The notes: generated by a model not told the origin, from the sequence alone. A stretch of 64,000 nt of DNA from Sphagnum compactum (GCA_965153455.1 OZ234493.1:14684213-14748212); one strand, 5' to 3'. Numbered from the stretch's first letter, positions 25,806 through 40,100 are shown. A program made the numbers and translations.

Positions 25806-26196
25806 AGGTAAGTGAGTGGATAATAGGTATGTAGGTAGTTAGCTAGATAAATAGGTGGGTGAGTAGGTAATAGGTAAATATATAAGGTAATAAACTATGT
25901 TGCATTTTATTAAAGATCATTGGCCATTTTCATTGAATATTTCATTTGATTCAAAACCATTAACCACTTTGGTCAAATGTTTCATTTGACTAAAGGCCAT
26001 TGACCGTTTGGACTAAGGTTGTACAACTTGATTATATGGAATTAGTTAAATAAATCAATATAATCAAGTTGATGCATCAAAAAATACATGTGTCATTCAA
26101 GCCCTTAACCTTTAATCAAAATGTACATGTCCATTAGTAAAAAATGAAAAATTAGTCAACTTGAACCTTTTAAAAAACTATGATTTGTAATAATGA

Positions 26197-28848
26197 CATT
26201 ACGCAAAAATGTGGCAAATATGATTACAAATATGACCACATTTGTAGTTGTAAAGGAAATTTACAACTACCATGACTATAGTGCATATGGACTCGTCACA
26301 AAGGCCATTAGTTGTATTTTTGGTCATAGTCAAAAATGCCATAATCATTAGTCATAGTCGGCCTGTGTCTTTTATGACTACAAAATTATTTATATATATA
26401 TATATAGATTTCAACGAAATATTTTTATTTTAAATTATTTTATTATATAACTATAAAATAATGATAAGCAAGAAATTTTTAATTTTGAATTATTTAATCC
26501 TAATTAATTAATATTAATGATTTGATTAAAATGATATTCTATTAATTATTCCATAGTACATGATTTAATTTAAATTACTTTCATATTAATTATTGAATTA
26601 AATTATTTTATATTTATTATGTAATCCAAAATATTTTATTATTTTAAAAAAAATTGAAAGTTTCAAAAAGATTCGACCTTATCTACCTAGGTAGGTAGGA
26701 AATTAACACCTATTTATGTAAGTAGGCAAATAAATAGGAAAAGGAAAATGTAGATGGAATGTATAGCCAAAAAAAAATTCATGTACTTTGCAATTTTCCA
26801 TTTATTGGGTCAAGAATTTTTTTCACTCAACCCAAAACTGGCATACACATTTGAATGTGATAAGTTTATATAGCTTATGAGATGAGGTTCAAAAACAAAC
26901 GATATGGGTTAAACCTTTTACTTGTACTTTAGTTTTAAATTAAAATGCAATTGAACCATTTCCAAAAGCCAACTTCAATTAGTAATACTTTTATTATATT
27001 ATGTCCAAATGAAACAATTTAAACATCATTTTAAACGGTTTTCCAAGTTTTACATTAAAAACTTATGTAAATTATTTTAAAATGAAAAAAAATTCATGTA
27101 AATCTTGCATTTCAACAACAATGTCTTGAAGACGTTTTCTTTTTTTAATCATCATTATCTTTCTCATACTTTGGAAATGAAATAAAATATATGAATTTTT
27201 TTGTACTACACAATACTTTTAATCATGAAATTTCATATGAATAGTTCATAAAATATGATGTATCAACATATAATAATGTTATTTTCAAAGCCATGGAATG
27301 TTACATAGTGTATATAGGAAATACAATACATTTAAATATGGTATATATAATACATACATGTTAATTTTAGTATTATAATATGAGTTTGATTATATAACTA
27401 TAAAATATTAATTAATTTGAATATATGAATATTTAAAGAAATGAAGATTTTATTATAAATTTTAAATAAATTTTATATTGTATATCAATGATCTTATATG
27501 AAAAAAATATTGGATCCAAAATAATAATAATAATAATATGTATACATATGATATATGAAATACTATTTATCATATATTTTTATGTCAAGAAATGTTGGAT
27601 TTTGTTTTTGTTTTGCAGTGAACATCTTTTAGCTTTTTATTTAAGAAATGCAAAGAATAAAAATTGACTTATTTCTCAGAATTAAAATAAAATTTACATT
27701 TAAATTATATATAATTTATCATTTTTCACTATAATTAATTATTTAATATAATCCGAGAGTATAATATAATATGTTACAAAAATATTTTAATTATATATAT
27801 GGAATTTCTAAATTTAATGTTAATGAATTTTGTAATGAAATATATTATATTTAATTGAAATAGAATTATATTAAATAATTTTAATATTTAAATAGTACTT
27901 TAACTTACATGATTAATAAAATATGCTAGTTGTTAGTAAAAAATATTAAACTTAAAATAGTATTAAGATTATTTTAAAGTAATTAAATGATTTTTAATGT
28001 AAATTTTAACTTGATGTAATTTACAATTAGAGATAATAAGAATTATAATTAATTTAGAACTTAATCATTACATGTTTTAAATAATATTTTAAATGATTTC
28101 ATTGTGATGTTTGATTTTAAAACACAAAATGTCAACTATTAAAAAAAATTTGAATAGGAACATTGGAAATATGAATATATTTTGGTCATATAGTACATTA
28201 ATATTTAGATTAAATATCAAGAAAAAACTAAATGAAATCATGAAATTAATTTTAGATGATCATAGGTAATTAGACATGTAATATAAATGAATAGAATTGT
28301 AGATAAATAGTTACTTAAATAGTTACTTAAATGTAGGTAAGTTATTTACTTACATAATTAAGCTATAAAAAGATAGCTACATTTTAAGTTACTTACTTAC
28401 ATAACTTTGCTATATTTTTATAACCTAATTACTACCTTACATTACATATTTAGTTCACAAATTAGTTACTTAAGCTAACCTAAATATATATACCTTGATT
28501 TTTAAAGCAATGAATGTTTAAAAAATATTTTAATTATAAACCTAGTTTGCATATAATGGAAAAAGGTGTTTAGAAGTTTAAAGCACTAAAATTTTAATAT
28601 TTAATATTGTACATATTCATTACATACATAGATAATATTTTTGATTCATAATCAAGGTGACTATAGTGGCTAGTTATAGTCACAACATACTAAATTGCAT
28701 GACTATAGTCGATAACTTAGTAATGTAGTCATATTTTTGGTAGAAAAGTTTGATAGTCATAAAAGACATGTTTTATATGACTATATGACTAGGGTGAGGA
28801 CATACTCACAAAATGTCTTAGTCATGGATTCCACATTTTGACATAGTG
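26197..28848. mobile_element. Non-autonomous CACTA element, 2652 bp
   Basis: Left end CATTACGCAAAAATGTGG versus right end (revcomp) CACTATGTCAAAATGTGG, 14/18 matches. TSD TGA at 26194-96 and 28849-51; GACTA/TAGTC subterminal repeats; AT-rich core. Confidence 0.85.
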
Positions 28849-29897
28849 TGAATAAAGGGGTCAAACTTGACATTCAATTGGAACATTTGATATGGCATTG
28901 GAAAGGTTTTTTCATGAATTATAATGTTTCCCTTTTTTTTTCTTCAATTAATGTCCATAGGTGAGAAAATTGCAAAATATAAAGATTGCAAAATTCATAA
29001 AATGGAATATAAAAAAAATTCAAGAATCTCAAGGTTCTTTTGCCATTTCAATGTAATCATAATTTTGCCAATCATAGAGTATATTATCTAGGGAGGAAAA
29101 CGGTGACTCCTGTCAAGTCTAAGCTATGATGAGTTCTATGAATGTTTATTGTAATTTTTTCCATGCACCATTTTGTCTTCAATTTGCACTAATTACCCTC
29201 TTTGTTGGTTTGTATAAATTGCCATCATCTTGAATTCTCATTTGTGAGTTTTTCCTATCCCGGCTTGGAGATTTCACACCTTTTTTATTGATGGGAATTA
29301 AGGAATATGCCTTAGGTTTGCATTTCGTTGCAAAATAAAAAATGTGCAAATTCTTTGTTAGCACATTCAAGCTAAAACAAGCCAATTGACATGTAACCAC
29401 TACTTAGGTTTACATGATTAAATCCATGTATATATTTCAAATCTCATGAATGTTTAACGAATTTATAAAAGAATGTTTTAATAAATCAACGTAACATTTG
29501 ATTAAATTTGAAAGTAATTTAATGAATACAAAATACACAAAATCACTTTTTAAGCATTGGAAAAATAGTTCGACCAATCTCAAGTTGCCATATCAACTCA
29601 TCAAGATTTAAAATGACTTAAAAATAAAGTTTCGAAAGGTGTTGGTTTGAATCTACTCTGACCTTTAATGAATCACTTAACAAACCTAAGAATGTGTAAC
29701 AAAAGTTGCGAATTTAAATGCATGGAATAACAAGATCATTTACTCAACATGAGCAAGGTTTTACAACATTATTGTTCAATCATCCATGTTATCCTTCTAT
29801 TCTATAACATATGATCTTGATGAACTACTTACTTCATCAACTATTGCAAAGATTAAATATATGACATGTTGGATTATACTTTTGATTTGTTTGTCAA

Positions 29898-29980
29898 GCA
29901 CTCCACTGGGTTTGAACCCAGGACCTTTGTTAATCTGGAGGTCCCAGGATGGGCTATACCAGTGAGCCATCACCCCTGGG
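29898..29980 (-). mobile_element. tRNA-derived SINE head (3'-truncated copy)
   Basis: The minus strand has A box TGGCTCACTGG and B box GGTTCAAACCC. It is similar to 59147-59233 and does not form a complete cloverleaf. Confidence 0.75.
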
Positions 29981-30860
29981 ATTTTAGCCCATAACTTCGG
30001 ACTCGCCCTTCTACTCTTGCAAGTTTTCATTGAGTTCTCCGGCAGAAATCTTCCAAAACTTTCCCTTCGGGCAGACTCAGAAATTTTCGTTATGGGAAGG
30101 CAAAGTGGTCAGTTTATGTGGGGGATGGGCAATTAGAAATTATTGTTGACAGCCCGAAGGCATCTAGGGCACGGTCATAGGTCCTTAAGAAATAGACAAC
30201 GCTGATGTCAGCTATGCTATGAGGAGGGCTCTGACGCCACTGCTTGCAGAGATTAGCAACTCAGTGTGACAACATCATGTTGGGAGTTGAGGAAATATCA
30301 TCAGCTCAAGGAAACCGGATCGTCAGCTCATTCATACTTGATTCAACCTTTTGCTCACTGACCATGATTTTATTTCAATTTTGAGTGGAGTTTCTGATTG
30401 CTTCCAGTCTTTTGAAATTTGGGCCCAAGACTGAGAAACCAATGGGTCATCAAACCAAAGTTCAAACAACAAAATCATGCTCTCCTCCTCACCTACTTAC
30501 TTACCCACCTACCTAAAACCTACCTTAAGTACGAAGCCTTGATGGGTAGTAATGACAGTTGACTGCTTTAGTGTGGGGTGTGTGCCATGTTTGGTTACAA
30601 ATTCCTCTGACACAAAAGTGAAAACCGCATTATTCTTGATCACCTTAACTACCCGTGGAGAGAGGAAATGGCACAGGAATCATGCTGATATATGCCAATC
30701 TAAAAAGCTCAGAAATCCATGGCCAGGCTCCAGTTTTTTAAGCAGCTGCCAAATTGCCAATCAGTTCATGATTTCAGCTGACCTACTCTTTCCATAAAGC
30801 TATATTTTTAGCATAGACTTTTTGTTGTTCCAACAAGGCCTCTTATTGGGTGCTAAGTGC

Positions 30861-31253
30861 CAGTGGGGTATTTTTTTAAACAGGCAAATTTTCGCCAAAG
30901 ACCGAAATAAAACGAAAATGTTGAAAATGTAGTGACTTTTTATAGCATTTATAGCCATATTTGGTTAAATCTTCTGCAGATGATGGCCACTTTGCAGGGC
31001 GTCCCTTTAGATTCATCACCAACAGTGTTTTTTTTGTAGAGAAAAGGAAAATTCAACTGAAATATTCATTAATGGCTTTATGGAAGATTAAAAATGTGGG
31101 CTTCATATCTGGTTTATAGCCAAATTTAGCTAGATCTTCTTCCCAAGGATGGTCGCTACTTTTTCTACATCTTACTCATCTAGGATCGCCACTTAGTCTG
31201 CATTAAATTTTTTTGAAACAAACACTGATTGCGAAATTCATAAAAACCACACT
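30861..31253. repeat. Dispersed repeat(s) with CAGTG/CACTG ends; related sequence in the opposite orientation at ~41270-41460
   Basis: Shared TTTATAGCCAAATTT(A/G)GCTA core. Confidence 0.5.
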
Positions 31254-34200
31254 GGTAGTAGCATGGTGTGGAATAATTAGAGAGAGGAATCGACATTTGT
31301 GTCCCGAATGAGTGGGATTTAAGACACACCCATCATGCGCACTAATTCAGACTTGGATGCTGTCTAGATGTTTCTAATGCTGGAGCCAGGATCTGACCGC
31401 TATAAAATATTCTTTCACAGCTTTTGGCAGCTTGTGAATCCCCTCATCACTTCAATAAAAGCCATGTAATAAAACTGTAGTAATGGGCAGTGGCCGAATT
31501 CAGACTTCTGACAGAGAATTGAATGAAAGCTTTCAAATTCTAACTAGGCCTATTCCAATGCTGTTCAAAATTTGCCAAATTCAGGGAAGTAATATGTGTA
31601 TGCTGACCCCCCTCAACCCACCCCGCAAATTCCTATACGTATGCAATTTCTAAAGAAATCATTTGAGCATAATCTTCATTGGAATCCCCATAGTAAAACC
31701 CACTTCACTTTTCACGCACACAATCAATTGACAGCCCTTAAAGATGATGAGCTCTATCATGATGCACGACCTCAGATTTTATGAAACGTTGAACTTTCTT
31801 TCACTCATTATAGTCTTTGGTGTATGCTTATGCCACTTTTCATACATGTTACAAAAGCATACCCAGGCCACTGGCTATAAGGTCGGTGCTCTTCAACCTG
31901 CCACAAGTCACTTCAATGATAGTTCGTAATCTGTTGAAAAAATTATGTGTCCATAATCTTTCAGGGTAGAAGATTTGTATTGTATTACATAAAGGATTCT
32001 CATGTTTTTTTCTCACATTTTCATGATGTTCCAATGTTCCAATGACATTCTCACTATGCTCACATGACATTACCATGTTGTTTCCTTTTCATTCCCATAG
32101 TTGTTGGGTGGTGTATCATCAAATCATTTGCCAAAGATGTTAATGTAATGGAATGGATGCCACCGCTCTCGCCCTACCTAACTTGCCAAGTGTAACTTAC
32201 CCAACATAATGGGCAATCACTTGCTCGTTCCATACTACATAATGGAAAGATGTATGCACATTTGCAACATTTGAGTTTTGTGATATTGTGACCTAAAATT
32301 ACTTCTTTTTCAAAAATTGCAAGGGGATGTGGATGAATGCATGGAGGATAGGGTTGAGAAATTGGGGCACACTATTGGAAAAAGAAGGGGAAAACTTTTG
32401 GAGATGAAGACACGAGACTACAAGAAAGGAGTCGATGATGAAGTTGTCTATTGTTAATAATGAATGCAAATGAAATTAACCAATCATTGTCAAACTATGA
32501 TGCTTCATGCAAAGGAGCATTGCTATTTCAAATATCTTGTAATGAAGTCATGTTCAAATCTATATGCATGTTGGAGCAAAGGCAATGAAATCTACACCAA
32601 AAATTTATGTTGTGTTTTTTATTTGCTTTCTTATTTTGTGGTGGAATGTGTAGTTGCATGTTTTTCTTCTTTGTTCTCTTTTATGATGTGACAAATGAGG
32701 AGGATAGGATGTTGTTAGTAAGCTATGGAGGTGATCCTATTCCTTATCTATGAATGTGTGGTGGTGGAGTGTGAGGCTTTGGAATAAGAAGGTTGCATTT
32801 CAAGCGAGATTTCTTTGTGTGTGATGATTGTAGGGTGTTTTCAAGTGATGATGTACACAAAAATCTAACACAAAGTGGCAATTTTTAGTACTTGTAACAT
32901 TTTTATGCATCATATTGGATTTGAAAAAAAAATTGATGAAAATTTGTAATAAATGATGGTTTATATCTAAACCTATCAATATGTTGTGCAATAAGTACAC
33001 ATATTAAGGATCTACTTGTCCAACAAAATATATCTTTACTTTGTAGAACTTTGAAGCATCGCTTCAATTATAACAAAAGGATTAAAAGGGACTAGTTCTC
33101 ATGTGATTTTTTTGAAAAAATATTGCACATCTAAATTTATGAACATTAGGAACAATATCCCACATTAAAGTTTTCAATTTGTCTTGAAATCTTGCAGTTC
33201 ATATTAAAATGTTCATTAACACATTATGTTCTGATAATCTTGTTGATTATGATCTTTTTATGTTGTGAAATATTCTTCCATTAAAAATGTACATGGCCTA
33301 AGTTATTTTTTAACCATTTGACAAAAATAAAACAAAGTTCCAAAATTAATAAAAATGGCAAACTCTTGTCAAATATGGGTATTTAAAAACCGTTATAACA
33401 TTATTATTATATATTTACATAAAGGAATGAATCTGAATAAATTGCATATTTATGGATTTCATGAGTTATTTTAGCTTTGAAGCCAAAATCATTTATATGT
33501 GATTTTTAGAATAATTCAAAGTGAATGAAATCTTACATGTTAATACTTTTGATATAATATGTAATCCCAATTTTTCTTGAAATTGGTTACATTATAGCTT
33601 GCAAGCATCATGTAGCTCATTCTTAATAAAGGAGTAGGAAACTTAAACTTTTATTACACCTTTTTTTACTTCCTTAACAAAGATGTAACAAAAATATAAA
33701 GAATAAATCGTGGAAGTATGGCATGCAAATGATGATATGTTACAGATTTTTGCATTATATGAGGAATTCAATTCTTGTGAAAATCATTGTTATTTATGGG
33801 ATCAAAGTTTTGAATGGAAAAAAAAATTGATTGACAATTTTTAAAAAAAAAGAATGTTTACCTTATGTTCACTAATAAAAAAATGTGGTGTAATTCACTA
33901 GCCTAAATCATTATATGGCCTTAAAATTATATCTGGGAAAAAATCAAAATGACCACCCTTTTTGCCAATCAAAATGACTGCATTAATCAAAATGAACATG
34001 TTCAAATCAACTTGTCCAAAATGATGGGCATAGTCTTTTCGACATTTATCCATTTTAAGTAGCTTTTGGTCAATTAGACCATAATTCTAATAATGTTTTA
34101 TGTGGGATGTGTTAGTTTGTGGATGAATTTATTGGGAATGAATAAACATTTTTTATCCCATTATGTTTATGTTTGTGAATATGTTTGGGTAGGTGCACAA

Positions 34201-34747
34201 ATGGGTGGACCAATTTGCCATAGATCCAAAATCCCTATTTACTCAAAATCTTGATTAGATTTTGGAAATTACAATTAGTTTACATTGATTTCCTCCATTT
34301 TTTTATGTCGTTAATGTCTAATCTAGAGTTTCTCTTTCTTTTAAACATATAAGCAAAAATACCATAAAACACCTTTTCCCCCAATATGATATTGACTTAT
34401 AAAAAGATGCTTTTAATTAGCCCAATCAAAAGTCCATAGGTATAATCCTAGAATTGAATTAATTTTTTTCTTTTACCCTTTGTTTCTTTATTATGATGTC
34501 TTATTAATTTCAAGTCTCTAACACACACCCCATCAATCAATGGACCTTATCATAGTCCACAAAGAAATGGTAATCAAAACTATAATCCATAAGTTTTGAG
34601 TTCAAAAGCCAATGGCTTTTACGATTTTTTAAAATTTATAAAATAATTTTGTGCATCATGTGAATATTCAAGTTGAGATTTTAAAACCAACTTCATTTTA
34701 ATAAATTTTGAGATCTATAAAAAAACATGGGCATTGCAACCTCTTCA

Positions 34748-34812
34748 AATGAGCTTGACCTCAAGGTGCCAATGGGTTGTCAAGTTGGGTTGTTTGTTGT
34801 GCTTCAAAAGAA
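34748..34812 (+). mobile_element. Diverged fragment of the SINE body
   Basis: AATGAGCTTGAC...GGTGCCAA...TCA.GTTGGGT...TGTTGTGCTTCAAA matches the reverse complement of ~59057-59118. Confidence 0.6.
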
Positions 34813-37379
34813 GAATTTAAGATTATTGGGCTATCACCAACACCGATTTTTTCTTTGGTTTACACTACATATGTTGGAGTTGGGTGCATGAAATCAAATA
34901 TGGTTATAATTAGTCAATAAAATTTATAATAAACTATATAGCTTAAAAATACATCTTATATCCAAGGGTTTTTTTTTTTCAAATTCATCAAATAGGTCCA
35001 TTGGCAAGGATCCCCAAATTTATTAGCATTAAATGGTGATTGTCCTACGTGGGATGTAACATTCTTACAAAAGTGTTACTACAAATGGTGACCTAGGAAA
35101 TGCATAGGTCTAGATAAGGTATTTGATTTTTAAAATATTAACTAGGCCTAGGTTTTTGGAAAAATTAAAGAACCATCAGGTCTTGGTTTTGGAAAAAAAT
35201 AAATTTAAGTAAACCACATGGGTTCGATTGTTTAAAAATTGAAATTTGAAGGTATCGCCAGGGGTGAGAATTTCAAATTATTTAAGCTGGTTAATTCAAT
35301 TAGTTATTTGAAAAATGCCCTATGGAGGTATATTACAAGGTTTCTATCAAATATTTGCTCTCGAGTGTTAGTGTTTGGTTTTTGAATTTGAACCCAGATG
35401 AATAATTTTTTATAAAAACACTTACACGTTCGCATGCTGAAATCTTTAAACTTGATGTTTATGTATAACGTTTACATTGTAAGCATTGTCCAAAAGTACA
35501 ACAAAAATGAGCAAGGTGGAGGTGTGTTCCATGAAATGGAATTCGCATTCCAACTCCATTGTACGACAAACCTATCACTAAAAGATACATTTTATGTGTT
35601 CCATGTTGCATATATATAACTTAATTGGAACATCCACAAACCCTACAAAAATATGAAAATGCAAAAACACATCTCTATTAAGAAGAAGAGTGAAATGATC
35701 AAGAATTGTAAGTTTTTGCAGTATTGTAACAATAAACAAAAGCATTTACAATGAGCCATGTAGGTCAATCCATCATAAATCAATTGCTTGGGTTTACTTG
35801 GATGTGGCAGTCCTTTGCAAAATACCTAAACACCATTAATTAAAATCTATAGAAATTCCTACAATCAACATAAAACACCAAATGACTAAAGGTCTCCAAG
35901 GGTCAGATCTCTTTGATTTCATTCTCTTGAGCTCAACTGGCCATGTTCCATCTTTCTCATTCATAACAGACCATTGAACCCCACATTAAGAACTTCCTTT
36001 CCTAAGACACACCACACATGTAAGAAAACCACATACCCCATAATCCCTTTGGCATTTCCATTTTTATGACTTTGTCAAATCTAAAGACTTAACAATTCTG
36101 CCATTGGTACAAACAACAACCTTGACATAGGCAAATGGAACACCCCACGCTTCAACAAAACACAAAAGACTACTCATGAGTTTGACAATGAAATCTTAGT
36201 CCCTCAAATGCCCAAATCCATAGATTTTGAACCTTGATGAATTCAAGAATTCCTTTAGAGTTCAGAGTTCCTAATATGAAGGGTATTTTTTCATGAGAAA
36301 AAATCACCACATTCACCCCAAACAACAAACAATTCAACACACACATTGAAAAAAACCAAAATGGTCATTCTCAAGATCCCTAAGTTTAGTTTGTTGAGGC
36401 AAATATTACAACGAAATCTATAGTGCCTTTGCATGGAAAAAAAGACATCTACAACAAACTAGTTCCTACAAGCTCTATCTCCATGAAGATTGAAAAACCC
36501 TCCTTTGCTGAAAACTTGCCAAACCAGTTGTGTTGCCCACAAAGCAACTTTCTTTTCTTATTTTCATTTTTAGCTCCTTAACTTTCCTCCATCAAAGCCT
36601 CAATGCAAACCACTCCACACCACCAAAAATGCATCCAACAAAACCATAACAACAAAGCAGGTGCCGTCAAAAGTAAAAGCCCATAGTGCCCATAATTACC
36701 TACAAAGAAACAACAATGTAAAAAATAGCCATAGCAAAAAGTATCCTACCATCACCTCACCATCAACCACCCAATAACTTGTCATCTTCTACTTTTTGCA
36801 ATTGGCGGCAATGTTTCACCCTCCTTAGGGTTTCATTCCATCATCATTTGTCACAATATGTCAAATATGGTTTCACTTTGATAGTTGTGCATCTAATCAT
36901 TTCAAGGTCATTTCAAAAAATTCACCCATGGTGGATGTAATTAACAAGCACAACATCAATGTCATAGGCAACAACAATGCCAAAATTTGATCAATAATTA
37001 CCTAATTTGCCATGGGTGATATATGGAATAACACATTACATGTCTTGAGATTTGAAGCTTCATGGGTGGTGTCGTTGTTCAATAATAATAAACAAAAATA
37101 TTAAAATCAATGTTTGTAGGAAACCCACCATATCATTGTTGGATTTTCACATATCAATGTCAAATTTCCACAAATTTATTAACACTTGCACATTGGTATA
37201 TAATAATTAATCCCCCAAAACACATATTTGTGGATAGTTTTAAATCACCATCATGTTTCCACAAGCATGACATCAATTACAAATTTGAAACAACTCAATA
37301 AATCCCTAATGAAAACATAGCAACATTTTTTTCCATTTATTTAATATTGGGGTAGATAATTCATATCACCCACTTCCAA

Positions 37380-40100
37380 GTTTTTTCCATGTTCCATTCA
37401 ATCCTTAAATTTAGCCTCCAATTCATTTGTCAAATTTCATTTTGCTTCACATGCATTTACTAAATCTACATGCTTCAAACAACCAATGCATAATACTGCT
37501 AGCTAGTTTTTTTAATACAAATTAATTTTTATTAATTTGAAGATGACATTTGCAAAGTGAAATCAAAATTTCAAAAATCAAAAACATTTTTGTATTTCAA
37601 TTTGGGAGGTTGCAATGCTTAGAGTGCATTTTGTCAATTTTCCAACTATAGAAAATTTTCATTCTTTTGTGTTCCACCAACACAAGGCATCTTTCCAATC
37701 CACATCGATGGGATAATGGTGATATCCATCAAGTTTTTCTGAAACAAGGTGCTTCAAGGTATTTGAATTTGTTTCAATAGTGTGAAACAAATATTTAGAA
37801 TCAACATGTGATCCTTGGACTTAAAGCTCATCAATAATATTTAACATTTGGTTACTTGTATGCTTCCATCAGCAAAGGTAGCAATAATTGTGGATCAAAA
37901 TCAACAACCAAGTTAATTACACTTTTATGACACACATAACTAGTGATTAGATGTAGCCACTTACACCTAAGATCTAGCATCAATGCTAACATCTAATGAT
38001 TTTTCCCCTTATCAAATCCTGGCAAAAAATAAATGAAAGGCAAAATCATTTCCAAGATTTGATTTTTCATGAAAATTCATAGTTCTTACAACTTTTCATC
38101 AAAAGAAAACATCTCTAAATCAATCAAACTATTAAGGACAATATGATGTGAAAGTTCACAAATCTCACAACAAGTGGAAATGACAAAGTGTAAGGAATCT
38201 CCAAGTAACTAATGACCACAATTTTGGTTATTCACATAACTAGTTATTATCAATGATAAGACCTTTACAAAAATTTCACACACTACCCAAGTTTGTGGAA
38301 ATGGTACATGACTTTGTAATGCCATTGTTTATCAACTATAACATAAGGAAATGGCTAAGTGAAATGTCAAAAAATCCTAAAATAACAACACTTGACTTGC
38401 AAACCTATATGAAAACCCAAGGACACCAATAACCAAAACAAGTTGTTAGTTGGAACTTGGAACAAACATCTTCATGAATGTAAGATTTGCAAACAAAAAA
38501 TTAACAAATGAATCAATTCAAAAACCATACCCCACTCATCCCATGCTTGCCTCCTTTTGCCACTTTTCGTTGGCCATGTTCTACATTTTTTAGTGTCAAA
38601 CTAAACAAACTTGATAGATGTAAAGTTAAAACCTTGGGCATTTTGTCATCTATAGTAGCATATTGTCACAAGCATGAAAACTTCAAAGATGAATGATGAA
38701 AGGGTAGGTCTAAATCAAAATCCAAAACATGCAAAAGAACTAAGACAAAAACACAAAAGTTAAAACTAAGAACATGAAGTATGCAAGACCAAAATGTAAA
38801 CAAAATCTTTATTGCAATTTTTAAAAAAACATAAATATGAAAATAATAGAATAAAACTATAGAACAAAATTGTACTTTAGATTCATGTTGAACAAATTGA
38901 AGATTACATGAGGATCCTACCTCTATTTATACTCCTTTGGGGACCTAGCTCAAGGAAGCTTTGTCATGTGAAAATGGTGTTTGTGACAGATATTGGCAAA
39001 CCTTGGATAATGCATGCCCTAAACATGTTCCATCAAATGGTTTGGATATGCTTGAAGCATTACAAAATAAAATTGATTTTAAGGCATATGCACAAGTTTG
39101 TAAATTGGGCCTTTCATCCTTTACATATGCCAAAATCTTTTTGAATTAGGTTAAACCTATTGAAGAGTTGCCGCAATTAGATTGCCATAATTCCACCAAA
39201 GGTATTGGAATCCTTAAACAACTTAATTGTTATATGTTTTGGTTCCCAATCATTCGAAAAAAAGTTTACAACCACAACAAAGATGTCATGAACCCCTTTT
39301 GACATCTAAAGATCCAAAGTGCAAGTGGCTAAAGTCACATGTGGCCAATGCACATTGAACATATTCAACCAAAGTTTTTGCATTAAGGAAGGCAAAACTT
39401 TTTTAGCAAAAAAATTCCTACATGGGAAGATAACCTTTAAGCATAATTTGTATGCCAATCTTTGCAACCAAATTCATGATTCCATTTCTTTCAATGGCAA
39501 AAAAACCCTTGATCACCATCAACATGACATCCTCCACAAAGCCCTTTTGTTTGGCATGATTTTTTGGAAAACCCATTAGTAGTAGAAAAAAAACTAAAAA
39601 TGGCACTTGGTGCTACATTTGGCCTCTTACTAATTGGTTCATGATTAAGTGGGGGTTTAAGATGACTTGTAGCTTATTATTCATACTATTTAAACAAGGT
39701 CAAGTATGTTCTACCTCCACATTTTTTTTCATGGTAGTATTGTCATTCAAATTGTTTTATGGTATGTAATGAAGCCTTGTGGACCTTGTGTAAGGCTAGA
39801 ATTTTAGGTCCACATGTATGATTGTGATAGATTATGCATCACATGATCCAATTCACATTCATATCTATAGGTTAATTGTCATTTACCTCGAATAAAGCCC
39901 ATGTTGACAAGTTGTGATTATAAGTTCTTTAAGTAGTTCCTTGTTTTTTCAACTTTTCCATTGCATTTCAAATAGGGGTGCCTCATCACCACTAGCATCC
40001 TTTAAACTTTCTTCTCCACTACCATAAATTTGCAAGTTGTTAATGTTGTTGCTATCGCCACATCTTGCAAAAACAAATGAAAGGGAATTGAAGTTAAAGG
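37380..40100 (-). pseudogene. Decayed hAT (Ac-like) transposase
   Basis: Translates as FVEDVMLMVIKG, ATCTLDL*MSKGVHDIFVVVVNF...WEPKHITI, AYVKDERPNL, CLGHALSKVCQY (CxxH motif), KCRTWPTKSGK, RFASQVLLF and DALCWW...SIATSQIE (hATC dimerisation region), with many stops and frameshifts. Confidence 0.9.
38664..38988 (-). mobile_element. Solo LTR (325 bp) inserted in the hAT transposase
   Basis: Perfect 8-bp inverted ends TGTCACAA...TTGTGACA, 5-bp flanks CATAT/GATAT and a minus-strand TATAAATAG. Removing it restores KVCQY-ATIDDK. Confidence 0.88.

Noticed and set aside
29898..29980. Functional tRNA gene
   Set aside because: It has A and B boxes but no complementary acceptor stem or regular anticodon arm, and a second copy continues into a SINE body
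29988..30096. Tiny element with CCCATAAC...GTTATGGG ends
   Set aside because: Only an 8-bp inverted match, with no TSD and no second copy in the window
30640..31570. LRR-like or other exon relics on the minus strand (e.g. KLSFNSLS)
   Set aside because: A single weak motif, stops in all frames and no consistent splice structure
38908..39579. Plus-strand ORFs of 62-86 aa
   Set aside because: They are antisense to the hAT transposase relic and the solo LTR
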